A stretch of DNA of 64,000 nucleotides from Gracilinanus agilis (Eukaryota): positions 201,611,718 to 201,675,717 of the forward strand of contig NC_058130.1 in assembly GCF_016433145.1 (NCBI RefSeq). The letters are read 5' to 3'. Shown one piece after another: positions 41,101 to 58,000 of this stretch (its first letter is position 1; the number at the start of each line of letters is the position of its first letter). A model generated the notes under the pieces. That model was not told the DNA's origin. It was given only the letters and a program-made list of their open reading frames with translations, and made no database searches. The translations under genes and the position numbers were made by a program.

Positions 41101-41800
41101 AGTTTCTCTTTCTAACTCCTGCTGCTGAATTATGTTGGAAATTATAGAAATGCTGATGATTTATGTGGGTTTATCTTGTACCCTGTAACTTTGCTAAAGT
41201 TGTTAATTATTTCCACTAGTCTTTTAGTTGATTTTCTAGGATTCTTTAATACCATCATATCGAAAGAACGCAGAGAAAGAATTGTGGGAGTAGAAACACA
41301 GAAGAAAAACAACTGCTTGATCACATGGGTTGATGGAGATATGATTGGGGATATAGACTCTAAGCCAGTGATGGGCAAACTTTTTAAAGAGTGGGCCAAA
41401 GGAAAAGAAATACTCATCTGTCAGTCTGTTTCTAAGGCAACTCTTTCAAAGTTTTATTGTATTGTACCTTACTCATTGTATTCGTCAGATTAAGAATATT
41501 GTTCAGCAGCTGGATAGAACATTTCAGGGGGACCACATCTGGCCCTTGGGCCGAAGTTTGCCCATCACTGCTCTAAGGGATTACCCTAATGCAAAACTAA
41601 TAATATGGAAATAGATCTTGATCAATGATACATGTAAAACCCAGTGGAATTGCTCGTTGGCAACCAAAGGGGGATGGGAGGAGAGGAGGGAAAGAACATG
41701 AATCATGTATTCTAAATTAATTAATTAAATAAAATTAAATTTTAAAAAATGTATACCATCATATCATCTGCAAAGAGTGATAGTTTAGTTAGGAGATATC
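38140..41800. mobile_element. L1 mosaic: plus-strand L1 at 38140-38925, minus-strand L1 at 39135-41800 with nested insertions
   Basis: ORF2-like remnants (YTKINLKWVNDLNIK...). Nested L1 3' ends with TSD TACCATATTGT (40241-40251/40682-40692) and ATACCATCATATC (41249-41261/41753-41765). Confidence 0.85.
41366..41570. mobile_element. Non-autonomous hAT (Charlie-group) MITE, 205 bp
   Basis: Perfect 17-bp TIR CAGTGATGGGCAAACTT at both ends; 8-bp TSD CTCTAAGC/CTCTAAGG. Confidence 0.92.
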
Positions 41801-43289
41801 TTTAATAACTAGTTATTGGTGGATTCACAAATGAATTCTACTAAACATTCAAAGAACAATTAGAGAGATGCACTGTGGGAAGATGGTGGAATAGGGTGCC
41901 CTCTTACAAATAAACAAAAATAAATCCACAAAATCAGTTCTAAAAGAGGCAAAAGCAGTGAGGAGTCAATGAGGAATCCTGGGATTGGGGAGGAAGGTTT
42001 CTGACTTCCCTGGCTTCAGTCCCACTTTTGTGGGCCCTGGGGGCAGGAATTGGGTAAACAGCATGAAATCCACAATAGAGCCCCTGAGGGCAGGATTAGC
42101 CACCTAACCTTGTTTGGTGAGCCCCAGAGTCTACAGCCTGAAGGATACCACTGGAATCCATTTCCATCTCCAGAAGGTGAAGGTGACTGTATAGGTCTTA
42201 TACAGGGGACTGTAGTAGTTCCAAGGCAGAAGAGCAGTAAGGGATAGGCAATTGGGGTTAAATGCCTGGCCCAGGGTCATATAGCTAGTAAGTATCTGAG
42301 GTCATGTTTGAACCCAGGTCCTGCTAGCCTGGTACTCTATCTACAGAGTCACTTAGCAGCCCCGGTCTTAAATATTTTTGTTAGCACTCTATCTTAGATA
42401 CCAAAATCTTATCCCAGACATTTTATAGAAAGTTTTGTTCCCAGTAAACCACTTCCTTATTCTACATGCATTAATTTTGTTTCTGCAAAAGCTTTTAAAA
42501 ATTTTCATTAAATGAAATTTTTTTCATCTTTTGTAATTGCCTCTCTCCCTTGTTTGTTTGGTTAAGAATTTACACCCTACCCATCTGTGAAGGGTATATA
42601 ATCTACTTCTCTTCTAATTTTTTATTGTATGATCTTTAATATTCAAGTCATATATTCCTTTTGAATTTATTGTGGATATGATGGAAGATGTTAGTCAAAG
42701 CCTAATTCCTGCTAGACTGCTTCCGTGGTTTCCCAGGCCTTAACAATAGTTTTCCCCTTGTTCTCCCTACCTCCTGTCTCCTCATTCTAACCCACCCCCT
42801 CCTGTTCCCCCAATTGCCAAGGAGATTTTTTTAAAGAGAAGATCTAATCATTTTACTCAATTACTCAATACATTCGAGTTATTTCCCTATTTCCTTTAGG
42901 AGTAAATAAAAAGTTCTGTTTAGCATTTAAAGCTCTTCATAATTTAGTTTCTGCTTACCTTTCCAATCTTCTTGCTTTACTCTCCTTCACATTAGCCATA
43001 CTGGCTGGTCCTTGCTCAGAATACTCCATCTTTTATCCCTATGCCTTTGTCTCTCTGCCATTTATATTCTCCCTCTCTGTTTCCCTGGCTTTCTTCAAGA
43101 ATGTCTAAATCCCACTACCTGTAGAGTGTCTTTCCTGAGCTCCCTTAGTTGCTAGACTCCTACAGAATCACCTGTAGCTTCATCTGCACATAGGAGTCTC
43201 AATAGACAAAGTCAACAATTTGTTGTTCAGTTGTATTCCACTCTGAGGTCCTATTTGGAGTTTTCTTGACAAAGAGAGAGAAGCTATTT

Positions 43290-43460
43290 ACCATTTCCTT
43301 CTCCAGCTCATTTTACAGATGGGGAATGGAGGCAAACAGAGTTAAGTGATTTGTCCAGGGTCATGTAGGTAGTAAGTGTCTGAGGCTGGATTTGAACTCA
43401 TGAAGATGAATCTTCCTGACTTCAAGCCTGAAATTCTATCCACTTTGCTAGCTGCCTTGG
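43290..43460 (-). mobile_element. MIR/MAR1-type CORE-SINE
   Basis: CATTTTACAGATGGGGAATGGAGGCAAACAGAGTTAAGTGATTTGTCCAGGGTCA. Confidence 0.75.
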
Positions 43461-44249
43461 TGTCAACAAAACCTCAGTTCAAATCCTTTCTCAGTCACTA
43501 GGTATGTGATGTTTGGCTTGGGAGTTAAATCTGTGTGATACTTTTCAATTCTAGGTAGAACTGCTGCTAGCAATGAAAGAATTCTCTTTTTGTATCCTCA
43601 ATGATTAGCATAGTGCCTGCCACATAATAGGCTTTTAAGAAATGTTTATTGGTAGACAGTAAATGCTTGACAACATTAATTCATCAACTATTTATCTAAT
43701 CATAAATGATATGCTCTTCTACATGTGGGCTTCTTCCCAGAGTCTTTTTCTCCCTTCAAGAACCTTTCTTTGAGGAGAATCTGGAATCTAGAGATTTTTC
43801 TTTCTGATGCTGGAAGTCAGAAAAAGCAGAATCTCCTCTTCCAAGTTATTGCCAACTCCATCTTTTCGGTTTAGGATCAAAGTATGCAATAATTAGTCTT
43901 CACCAATGGGGAATCTTATGTAAATAACTTGATCTCCTAGGTACATTTATTGAATTAAGTGATCTATAAAAATTTAAGATAGTGACCCCGTATTCGCAGA
44001 GTTTAAACTGGGCTCTAATTCCACTTTCATTTGCTCTCTGAAGGTTATAATTAAAACATCAGGGTTTCACTCTGGGTTGGAGGGTGGGATATAGGTTAAA
44101 ACAGCACGAAAGGAATCGCAGTGACTATTCCCTGTGTCCTTCCTCATCCCACCCCTTGATAATTCGAGGGCCTGGCTCCCCTGGCGTGCTAGAGCATCGA
44201 AGTCCAGGGTCAGGCTAGGCCAACAAGTAACCTGAACCCATGGCGGGGC

Positions 44250-44718
44250 AGGAGGTGAAGGGGCGGGAAGTGGGAAATGGCTTCTCTTTCCCTCCCCAGC
44301 CCACTTTCGGGGGTTGGGGGGCACCAGGGAATGCCATGTAATGGTCACAAGGGCGCCACACACTCGGGTTAGTACTGCCTCCTTGTGGCAGCGGCCGGCA
44401 ACATGGCTGTACAGAGCTGACCTTCCTAGCTGAGCTAGAAGTCTTTCAAATTCCACAGGCTCCAGCCTCATCCCTACGAAGAACTTTTCCCCTACAACTC
44501 CCAGTAGCCTCTGCGCAGCGAATGTTTCCCTCTCCCCCGCCTTTCTAAGCCTCTTCCCGGAATGGACGGTCAGATTCGGAAGGCGGGCCAATTGCCTTTA
44601 AGGGCGGAATGGGAGTAGCCTCAGCCGCGCTCCTCCCTGCTTCGCGTCTCCGTCGCTGCCCCCGTGGCAGTTTGTCTAGTTTCAGGCGTCCGGGCTTCTG
44701 CTCCCTCAGGGAATCACC
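44250..44718 (+). promoter_or_regulatory. VKORC1 promoter / start of CpG island (GC boxes, ETS, possible CTCF site)
   Basis: GGGGCGGGAAGTGGG at ~44260-44275; GGGCGG at ~44601; CTCF-like CCACAAGGAGGCAG on the minus strand at 44375-44388 (one core mismatch); CpG-rich through intron 1 to ~45200. Confidence 0.55.
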
Positions 44719-46541
44719 ATGGTGTCTCACGCCGGTTGGGGGAGCCCCGGGAAGGCGCGGCTCGCGCTCTGTCTGGCGGGGCTCGCTCTCTCTGCTTACG
44801 CCCTGCATGTGAAGGCGGAGCGCGCCCGGAGCCGGGAATATCGCGCCTATTGCGACTTGGGCGAGTCCGTCAGCTGCTCCCGCGTGTTTTCCTCCCCGTG
44901 AGCGCGCAGGGCTGCATCGGGGAGCGGGGTGCTGATGGCCCGGGATGTATGGGAAGGGGGGTCGTGCTTCCTTGACTGTCCGGGGTGAAGGCGGGGACAC
45001 TCCTGGGCTCGGGGTGATGAGGGGCTGCCGTATTCGGCTTCTGAGGGTTCTCTGGGCCTGCCCGAAGGCGGGAAGAAAGGGGACCTTGGGGGCACCGCGG
45101 CTTGCATTCCTCGGATGTAGGCTGCAACCGATACGGGAAGCGCGATGTGGTTCAGTTCCCTCCCCCCACCCTGGAGGTCGTTGGCCTGACCCTCTGGGTT
45201 CAAGGCCTTGACCACTTACAGGGACACCACCTGGGAACTGAGCAGTAAGAAGGGGGCGGGGCAGATCATTATTTTAAGAGTATCCTGGGAGCGATGGATG
45301 GAGGTGAGCCCAGTGCTGAGTGGCCATCTCGTTAGCTTGACCCAAGCGTCCACTCAAAGCACTATTGGGCCATCCCCAAGGGACATTTTGGGTGGGGATA
45401 TAGCCACTCCCTATGGGCTCATACCGTTGGGTCCTGGAGGAAGAAAGGAAAGGCAAGTTTTGTGCTAATTGTTTACAAATATTATTTATTTGGTCCTCAA
45501 TTATGCCCCTCTTACAGTTGAGGAAACGGAAGCACACAAATGGGAAGTGTTGGGGTGGGGGTCATAAAGGATTCTAGGAAAGCATGGGTGGGGCTTATGG
45601 AAGAAGAGGCAGGGACTGTGGAAAAAGGGGTGGGTTCGGTATGTGTTCCCAAATTGCCCAATTTAACCACTTCCACAGAAACTGTAAACTGGGATGAGAC
45701 TTCGTCTCCTTGACTCCACCCAACCCCCCACCCTTCCTCTATCCTTCAGATGGAGTAAGGGCTTTGGGCTGGTGGAACCCTTCCTGGGTCCTGACAGCAT
45801 CCTGAACCAGTCCAACAGCATCTTCGGCCTTATCTTCTATAGCCAGCAGCTTCTTCTGGGTGAGTGGGAAGTCCCTTCACCCAAAGACCCAGCCCCCTTC
45901 CTCAGAGTGCCCACTCCTTCTCCACAGTCCCTGCCTCTTCCTCCGTAGACCCCACCCATGCTTTCCTAGAAGCCTTACTTTCTTGATGACCCCCACCCCC
46001 TCCACTTTCCCCCATTCCTAGTCACCAGTATGAACCAAACCCCTATGGACTCAACTCCTAGTTCCCATGCTTTGCCCCAGGACAGATAGGGGAGATAATG
46101 ACCTTTTTCCCAGTCCTTGAGACCTGTGACCTAACTTCTGAAGAAAGGAAACAGGAAGGAAACTAAGGCTGTTGATAGAGTTGCTTATCAGTAAGCAGTA
46201 TACATCGGTATCATACTTTGCTGGAAGCAGACTAAAGGGAAAGTCTGTGGGCCTGCTGCAAACCAGCCGCGTTTCCTGGAAGAAAATTCTCATTGTCCTG
46301 CCAATGTCTTCTTCCCCCAGGCTGCTACAGTGCTCGGTGGGCTTCTTCAGTCTTGATGTTCAGCTCCGTGCTTTCTCTTTTGGGCTCAATTTACCTAGCC
46401 TGGATCCTGCTTTTTGTGCTCTATGACTTCTGCCTGGTTTGTGTCTCTACCTATGCCATCAATTTGGGCCTAGCCATACTCAATTACCAGAGGGCAATGG
46501 GGCCCTTGAGATTACAGGACCGCAATAAAAAGAGACACTGA
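44719..46541 (+). CDS. VKORC1: Vitamin K epoxide reductase complex subunit 1, 169 aa
   Basis: Exons 44719-44897, 45750-45859, 46321-46541. Loop cysteines (YCDLG, VSCSR), NQSNS, active-site CLVC (CXXC), TYA motif and C-terminal KKRH. Confidence 0.98.
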
Positions 46542-46872
46542 CCTCCCAGACTCTAGTGGGGATTTCCAAGCCCTGATCAACCTCTGGTCCAACCCAGGAG
46601 TCTAATCCCTCAGCTGCTGGAGTTTGGATGAAGACTGAAGGATGGTGGAAGGATCCATGCTCACAACTGAGTGTGTGTTTGACTGTGCCCCACCACCAGG
46701 GGACAGCTGCTTCCAGGATGTGTAGGCAGGACCCTATTGCTCAGTACCAGTTGTCTCTGGAATCACCTGCCGATTTCACCATTTTCCCCTAGACTACCAC
46801 TTTTGGGGGAAGTTGGGATAAGAATTGCTTATCTCTTAAAAGTGGGGACAGCCTAATCCATGGTATGTATTC

Positions 46873-46882
46873 AATAAATAAA
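46873..46882 (+). terminator. VKORC1 polyadenylation signal (overlapping AATAAATAAA)
   Basis: Tandem hexamers ~330 nt after the stop. Confidence 0.75.
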
Positions 46883-47759
46883 ATTAGAAAGGCACACTGT
46901 ATGAGTATGTGGAGTCTTTTTCTGCTTTGGGCCAAGACTAGCCCCATTTCCTTCCCTTCCTTAGGTAGCCAAGCATTTAGAGCCACATGGACCCCACCTT
47001 AGGCTGCCTGGGGGCTGGTGAGGATGAGTCAGTGCTGGTACTTTGTTTAGTCCTGTTCCCCACTCTGCAAGAGTCAGCAAGGCTCCAGGCAGTATCAGTC
47101 CCAAGCCTGAGGAGTAAAACCCTAGGTCCTTACCTCATTGTTCTTATGGGATAGGGGAAATTTCTTACCCTGCTTTGGTAAGAAAGGGGTCCCTTTACTC
47201 AGACAGGAAAGGTCTTTGGAATACATTCCATCCCTCACCCCTTGGTTGGGATATCTTTCCAATGGACTTGAATTGTGCCCTTTAGACTTCAGAAAAACTT
47301 GTTGAGATGTAACCCAATTCTATTTTATAGCTATTTTGTATTTCCTTTATCTGGCTCAGGTCTGGGACTAGAGGCATGGAATGATAGGGAAGTTAACATT
47401 TGGACTGAGGTTAGGATTTGAGATAGGAAATAAGGAAAAGATTGAGGTATTATTGGATGTATAAGAACTAGGAGAATAAAGAAAGTGCTTATAATTTGAT
47501 GTTTCCAATCAGGAATCTTTTTTTAACAGTTTGGGCCTCTCAGACCAATGGATTTTGCCAGGCTAGATTGAGAAATTGCTGGGACATTAGTTAATGGAGT
47601 TATAAAGAAGAGAGGAGGAGGCCAAAAAAGAACAGAATGAAAGAAGGGAACTGGGACTGAGAAGAGTGAAAGAGAAGGAAGAAGGGAAAAGAGCTGGAGT
47701 ACATACAAGTAGGATCATGGGTCACAGTACTGGGCCAGTCTCCTTCAGAATGGGAGAAG

Positions 47760-47975
47760 GGAATAATATTTATTAAGCACCTACTGTGTACCAGGAAATT
47801 TACAAATATTTGATCCTCAACTGTGGGAGGTAGATGCTATTATGATTCCCATTTTACAGTTGAAGAAACTGAAGCAGACATTAAGTGGCTAACCCAGAGT
47901 CACTGAGACTGGATTTGAACTTAGAGCTTTCTTACTCTAGGCCTAAAACTATCCAATGCATTACTTAGCTGCCTT
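47760..47975 (-). mobile_element. MIR/MAR1-type CORE-SINE
   Basis: TATTAAGCACCTACTGTGTACCAGG...CCCATTTTACAGTTGAAGAAACTGAAGC. Confidence 0.75.
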
Positions 47976-48517
47976 GAAGAGTCTGGGCCTTATTCCTGGT
48001 AAGCAGGAATTAATACAAAGACCAAAAGGAGGTAGAGGTATTAAAGCTGGCATGGTGGGGAGGGAATATTGCCTGTTATAAATAATGTCTGCTGAATTAA
48101 AATTTGTAAGGATGTTGAAGGGATGGAGGCTGTGGAGAGTATGGCCATTTGATCAGCAAGGAGTTAAATGCCTGAATTTTTCCCTTTGTCCAGAACTGCA
48201 TCAAAAGGAAATGGAGATCTTTCTGGTGCCCTAAGAACATCCTGGTGTTAGGGTGTCAGACTGAGCCATCCTGGCCATATTCTGGGTGTGGAGGAAAATG
48301 TGCGGTGGGGGTGTTCTGAGGAAGCAATATTCCCTTGTAGTTACAACCCCCAGGGTCAGGTTAGCTAGCCCTAACCTGGAATTATGTCAGGGTGAAGGAA
48401 TTCACTTGGTGAGTGAAGCAGGATGGAGGTGGGACTTGGATGGAGGTGGGGCTCCCCAAGGAAAAGGAGACCTGGTGGCCTCCCCAAGGGCAGCATCAGA
48501 GCAGAGCTGGCAGCAGC

Positions 48518-53971
<5,454 letters not shown>

Positions 53972-54513
53972 CTGAGCTTCTCCAAGATGCCTACATTATG
54001 CATGGATAGGCCAGAGGTAAACTCCCAATTCATTTGCACCACACATAACCTCTGTTCACCTTCCTCTACCTCATGCTTTTTTCTGATTACAGGTGCCAAA
54101 GGACTTAAGATGTGATGGCTTCAAGAAGAGAATGGGTTGTTACTCCCTCTTTATACAAGGACAGGCCTCATTGAGAGACCAAAGTCTTGTGTACCTGGTT
54201 CTGTGGAAATGCACGAGCCTATTTGAACTTGGGAAGAAATGTGCAGAGCCAGGAGACAGAATCATCCCAATCTCCCTGCAATCCCTGGCAGGATAGGGAG
54301 ATCTCTGCCTAGAATCTTCTGCAGAATCTTCCTAGAATGTCTTGTTGGTTCATCCCCCAAATCCAACCAGTGCATGTCCCACCACACAGAAAAATCCCAC
54401 GAACAGACTTTTTTTCCTTTAACTACCAGATACATAATACACACTATAGCAGCCAACTTTTTTCTTAAAATTTCCTTTTTTTTTGGAGCAAATTTTCCCT
54501 TTTTTAAAACTTA

Positions 54514-54519
54514 AATAAA
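54514..54519 (+). terminator. Probable PRSS53 polyadenylation signal AATAAA
   Basis: First AATAAA downstream of all candidate PRSS53 stops. Confidence 0.45.
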
Positions 54520-55070
54520 ACCTTACAAAATAGACTTTAGAAAATAAGTTACAAATTGTAGCAAAAGGCTTTTCCCCCAAGGGAGAAATCCTGTTCTCTT
54601 CTCCCTCTTTGGGAATCTATCTCCCTTGAACCTATGCTTTCCCTCTCCCTTCATTCTTAAGACTCCAAGGTTCCTTTGTCCTCTATCTCTTTCTCCATGA
54701 CCCACACAGTAGATCTAGGGTCCTTGATGCTGAGGAAGAGAGGGGAAAAAGAACTCAGTACAACTCTAACCCTTTCCTAAGAACTGGACAACCAGCATCC
54801 TGGGAAATTAGCCCCATACGGCAGAAGACGGGAGCCAGAGAGAAATGGCAAAAGGGCAGAAACATCTTCTCCAGGGCTGGGATTTTCCTTGATCCTGAAT
54901 CTTTCATTGGAAGGGGCAGGAAGAAAGCATCTCTAACAGTTCTATTGTTCTATCCTGCCAACTCTCTTGAGTCCTTTCCAAGAGGATGACAGAAGAGATC
55001 ATATCCAAACTCTCCTGAGTTAAAAAGCAGAAATAAGAACCCCGATGTCCCAGTCTTTGGGAGAAACAAT

Positions 55071-58000
55071 TCAGAGGGAGAAGCCGAGGTCTGGAGGCCA
55101 CTGGAGTGAAGGGTCTAGGACCAGTCATGGGGGTGGATGGAGAGGAGAGGAGAGATCCCGATCTCTTGCTGTAGGTGACTGTGTATCCCCTGAGGGGAAA
55201 AAGAGAGAAAAACATCAGGTCACTAGCTAAGTAGATATATTTGTGGAACTAAACAGAACTTTAAATCCTCAAGTATCCTAAATCTCAGCCTATTGTGAAC
55301 CTAGATGCTTTACTTTCACTTATTTCCTAAGATTCAGATACTATGTCCTAATTTTCTTAAGGTAAAAAAAGGCTCATCTTTCTGTCTCCATCTTTTCTTT
55401 TTTGTCACTTTCCCCTATAAGAATCTCATTTTTCTAAGAAACTATTCTAGTTTGAGGGGTCAGTTTGCAGGGATATAAAAAGGGGATAGGGTTAGAGGTG
55501 GCTTAGTTGCAATGTAGGGAAGAGGATACCTATATTTGACATGGAATGGGCTTAGTCAAAGCAAAAGGAAGTGACATTTTACAGGGTGAGAACTAGATCT
55601 TTTGGGAACAAGTTGAAAGAACTGCCTGACTACCTCAGTTTCCCCTCTGGTATAAGAAGAGAAGGCTCACTTTAGAGTCAGAGTGTATAGGTTCTAGTCC
55701 AGATTCAGTTTTCTTTCTGGCTCATCCTTTAAGTCCTAGTGGGTGGAGGTACTTTATACTTTGATCCCTTTTGATAGAAGATGCAAAATGGGGGCTAATT
55801 ATTGTTATTGCTTTAGCCAGGGCCAGCTTCAAAGAAACAATTAACTGTGACTCACCCCTGGAGCAAGAGGCAAGCTTAGTTTTCGGAGGGAAGGGAAAGG
55901 ATGACTGAGACATAGAAAGAATTGAGACTCTGGGAGAAAAAACAAAGCCATCTGATTGAGGTTTCAAGGGGAAAAGATATCTATATTTTAGGAGAGCTAC
56001 TAGGTCTAAGGAAAAGGAATAAATTAACAAGTTGCCTAAATGGTGGGAACTGAGGGTGCATATGGCAAAACAGCAAAGGGCTGTGAAGAGTTAAAATACT
56101 GCAGAAGAGTGGGAGGCTAGGTTCTCCTAGGTTTCAGGAGGGAAGTTAGGTATAAACGTGAGGAGAGAAACACAAGTGCAATGTATGTGACACATGAACA
56201 ATTAGTAGTAAACTCTTGCTGTCTAAACAATGGGAAATGGATGCCCCTGCATATATTCCTTTACTTGCTGCCTGCTCTTGGAAAGGGAATTTTCCAAAGA
56301 AAAAAGGTACACACATTGATTTGATCTATCTCCTCGCAGAGTAAGATGATTCCAGATTTGGCTAACTGATGGGTTACACAGCTAACTTCCAAAAAGGGAG
56401 GAAATTCCCAACAGCAAAGGAACAGATACGTCAATTCCTGTGTCCTTATTTGGGCCACTCTGATTTGCTTCTTCTTTGAGCTCATGGGGTTCTCTAAAAT
56501 TGCCCTTCATCTCTTTCATAGGTCCTTGTATCTATCCTGTCTCAGGCCTTCCACCAAACTGGACTTTACCATTGTTTTCCAGAACTGAGTTATCTGCCCA
56601 TTATTCTACCAGAACATGACTCTTCCCCTATTCAATTTCTCTGAACCTCCAGAATGCAAGGACTTCATAGGTCCTCTCTTTTTTATGCAAAGGAATCTGA
56701 AACCTTTAACTTATACTCATAATCTAAATGTGCTGCTCCCCTTTAGTTTTTGCTCTCTCCTCCACTTTAGAACTCTGGCTTTCAAAGTTTCATCCCACCT
56801 TGGGTTTGCCTCCTAAGACCCTCCCTTCCACCCATCCACTCGTGTTCTCATACCAGTACTAGTCATCGTCCACTCCTCCTTATGTTGTTGCTGGTGCTGC
56901 AAGAAGCTGATTTGGCGACGAAAGCGGCGAGGGCAATGTGGGCAAGAGAAGGGTCCCTCCCGAGGTGCATGGACCCTCCCATGGCCTTCTAGCCGGGCTG
57001 CTGTCCGAAAAGCTTTGCCACAGACTCCACAGCGATGGCGCTTAGGATCTGTGTGTGTCCTTCCATGATTCTTGAGGGCCAATAGGTTAGGAAGTAGCTT
57101 GGGGCAGAGGGAGCAAGGATAGAGACCTGTGGCATGGGCTTTTTGGTGGTTTAGCAGGCTACCAGCATGACGGTAAGAGCGCCCACATTGGGTACAACAG
57201 AAAGGACGTTCTTCTTCTGTGGCTTGTTTTAACCCCACTTCTTTTGCCTCCTTCACAGCCGTCTCAGACTCTGATATTTCTTTAGTGGCTCTTTGGGTTT
57301 CCCCTTGCCCTGATATACACTTATCTTCCATATCCCTTTTAGTCTCAACCTCTTGTCCATCAGCTTCCTCCACCTGAGGTGGGGCCTGGCCTTGATCCAT
57401 AGCATGGCCTCTCTGGTGGTTAGTCAGCTCACGAGAGGCACGGAAAGCTTTTCCACAGTGAGGGCACATGAAGCGACGGGTTGCTGTGTGAATGCGACCA
57501 TGGTTTTTGGCCGCCATGGGATTTGAAAATTCCTTAGAGCAGAGATGGCAGTGGTAATGGCCTGTTTTGTGGGTATTGCGGTGGTTCAGAAGACTGCCTG
57601 CATGCCGGTAGGTCTTGCCACACTGTCCACAGCAGAAAGGGCGGATTTCTAGCTGGGATTGAGAACTGTTATCTTGGTCCTGGATCTGCCCACTATCCCA
57701 GTCTTCTAGGCTTCTTGGCTCTAGGGCATTTGGTTGACTGTCTTCTTGACTGCATGTATTCCCAAACCCACAGTCACCTGGTCTGGTGTGTTTTTGGCTA
57801 CCTGATATACTCACTGGTGTCTCATTAATATGCCATGCATCTGTTTTCCCATGGATCCAGGACAATGGCTCTCCACTGCCTTCCTGACTTCCTGATAACC
57901 CACTGGAATCCTGACCTAATTCTTGTGTGCCCTTAGTTTGGTTATTGACCTGAGCTCCAAGTTCATATTCACATGATCTTCCGTCTAGTTCACAGATATC

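Noticed and set aside
33400-44250. A hidden extra gene or retrocopy between BCKDK and VKORC1
   Set aside because: Almost all of it is explained by L1, L2, SINE, LTR-like and MITE sequence; no spliceable coding exons were found.
44067-45215. Several 100-170 aa ORFs on both strands around VKORC1 exon 1 and intron 1
   Set aside because: CpG-island shadow ORFs with no recognisable domain.
55125-55127. Selenocysteine interpretation of the ZNF646 in-frame TGA
   Set aside because: No SECIS-like element recognised in the downstream UTR, and the position is in a Pro-rich tail not aligned to a Cys.
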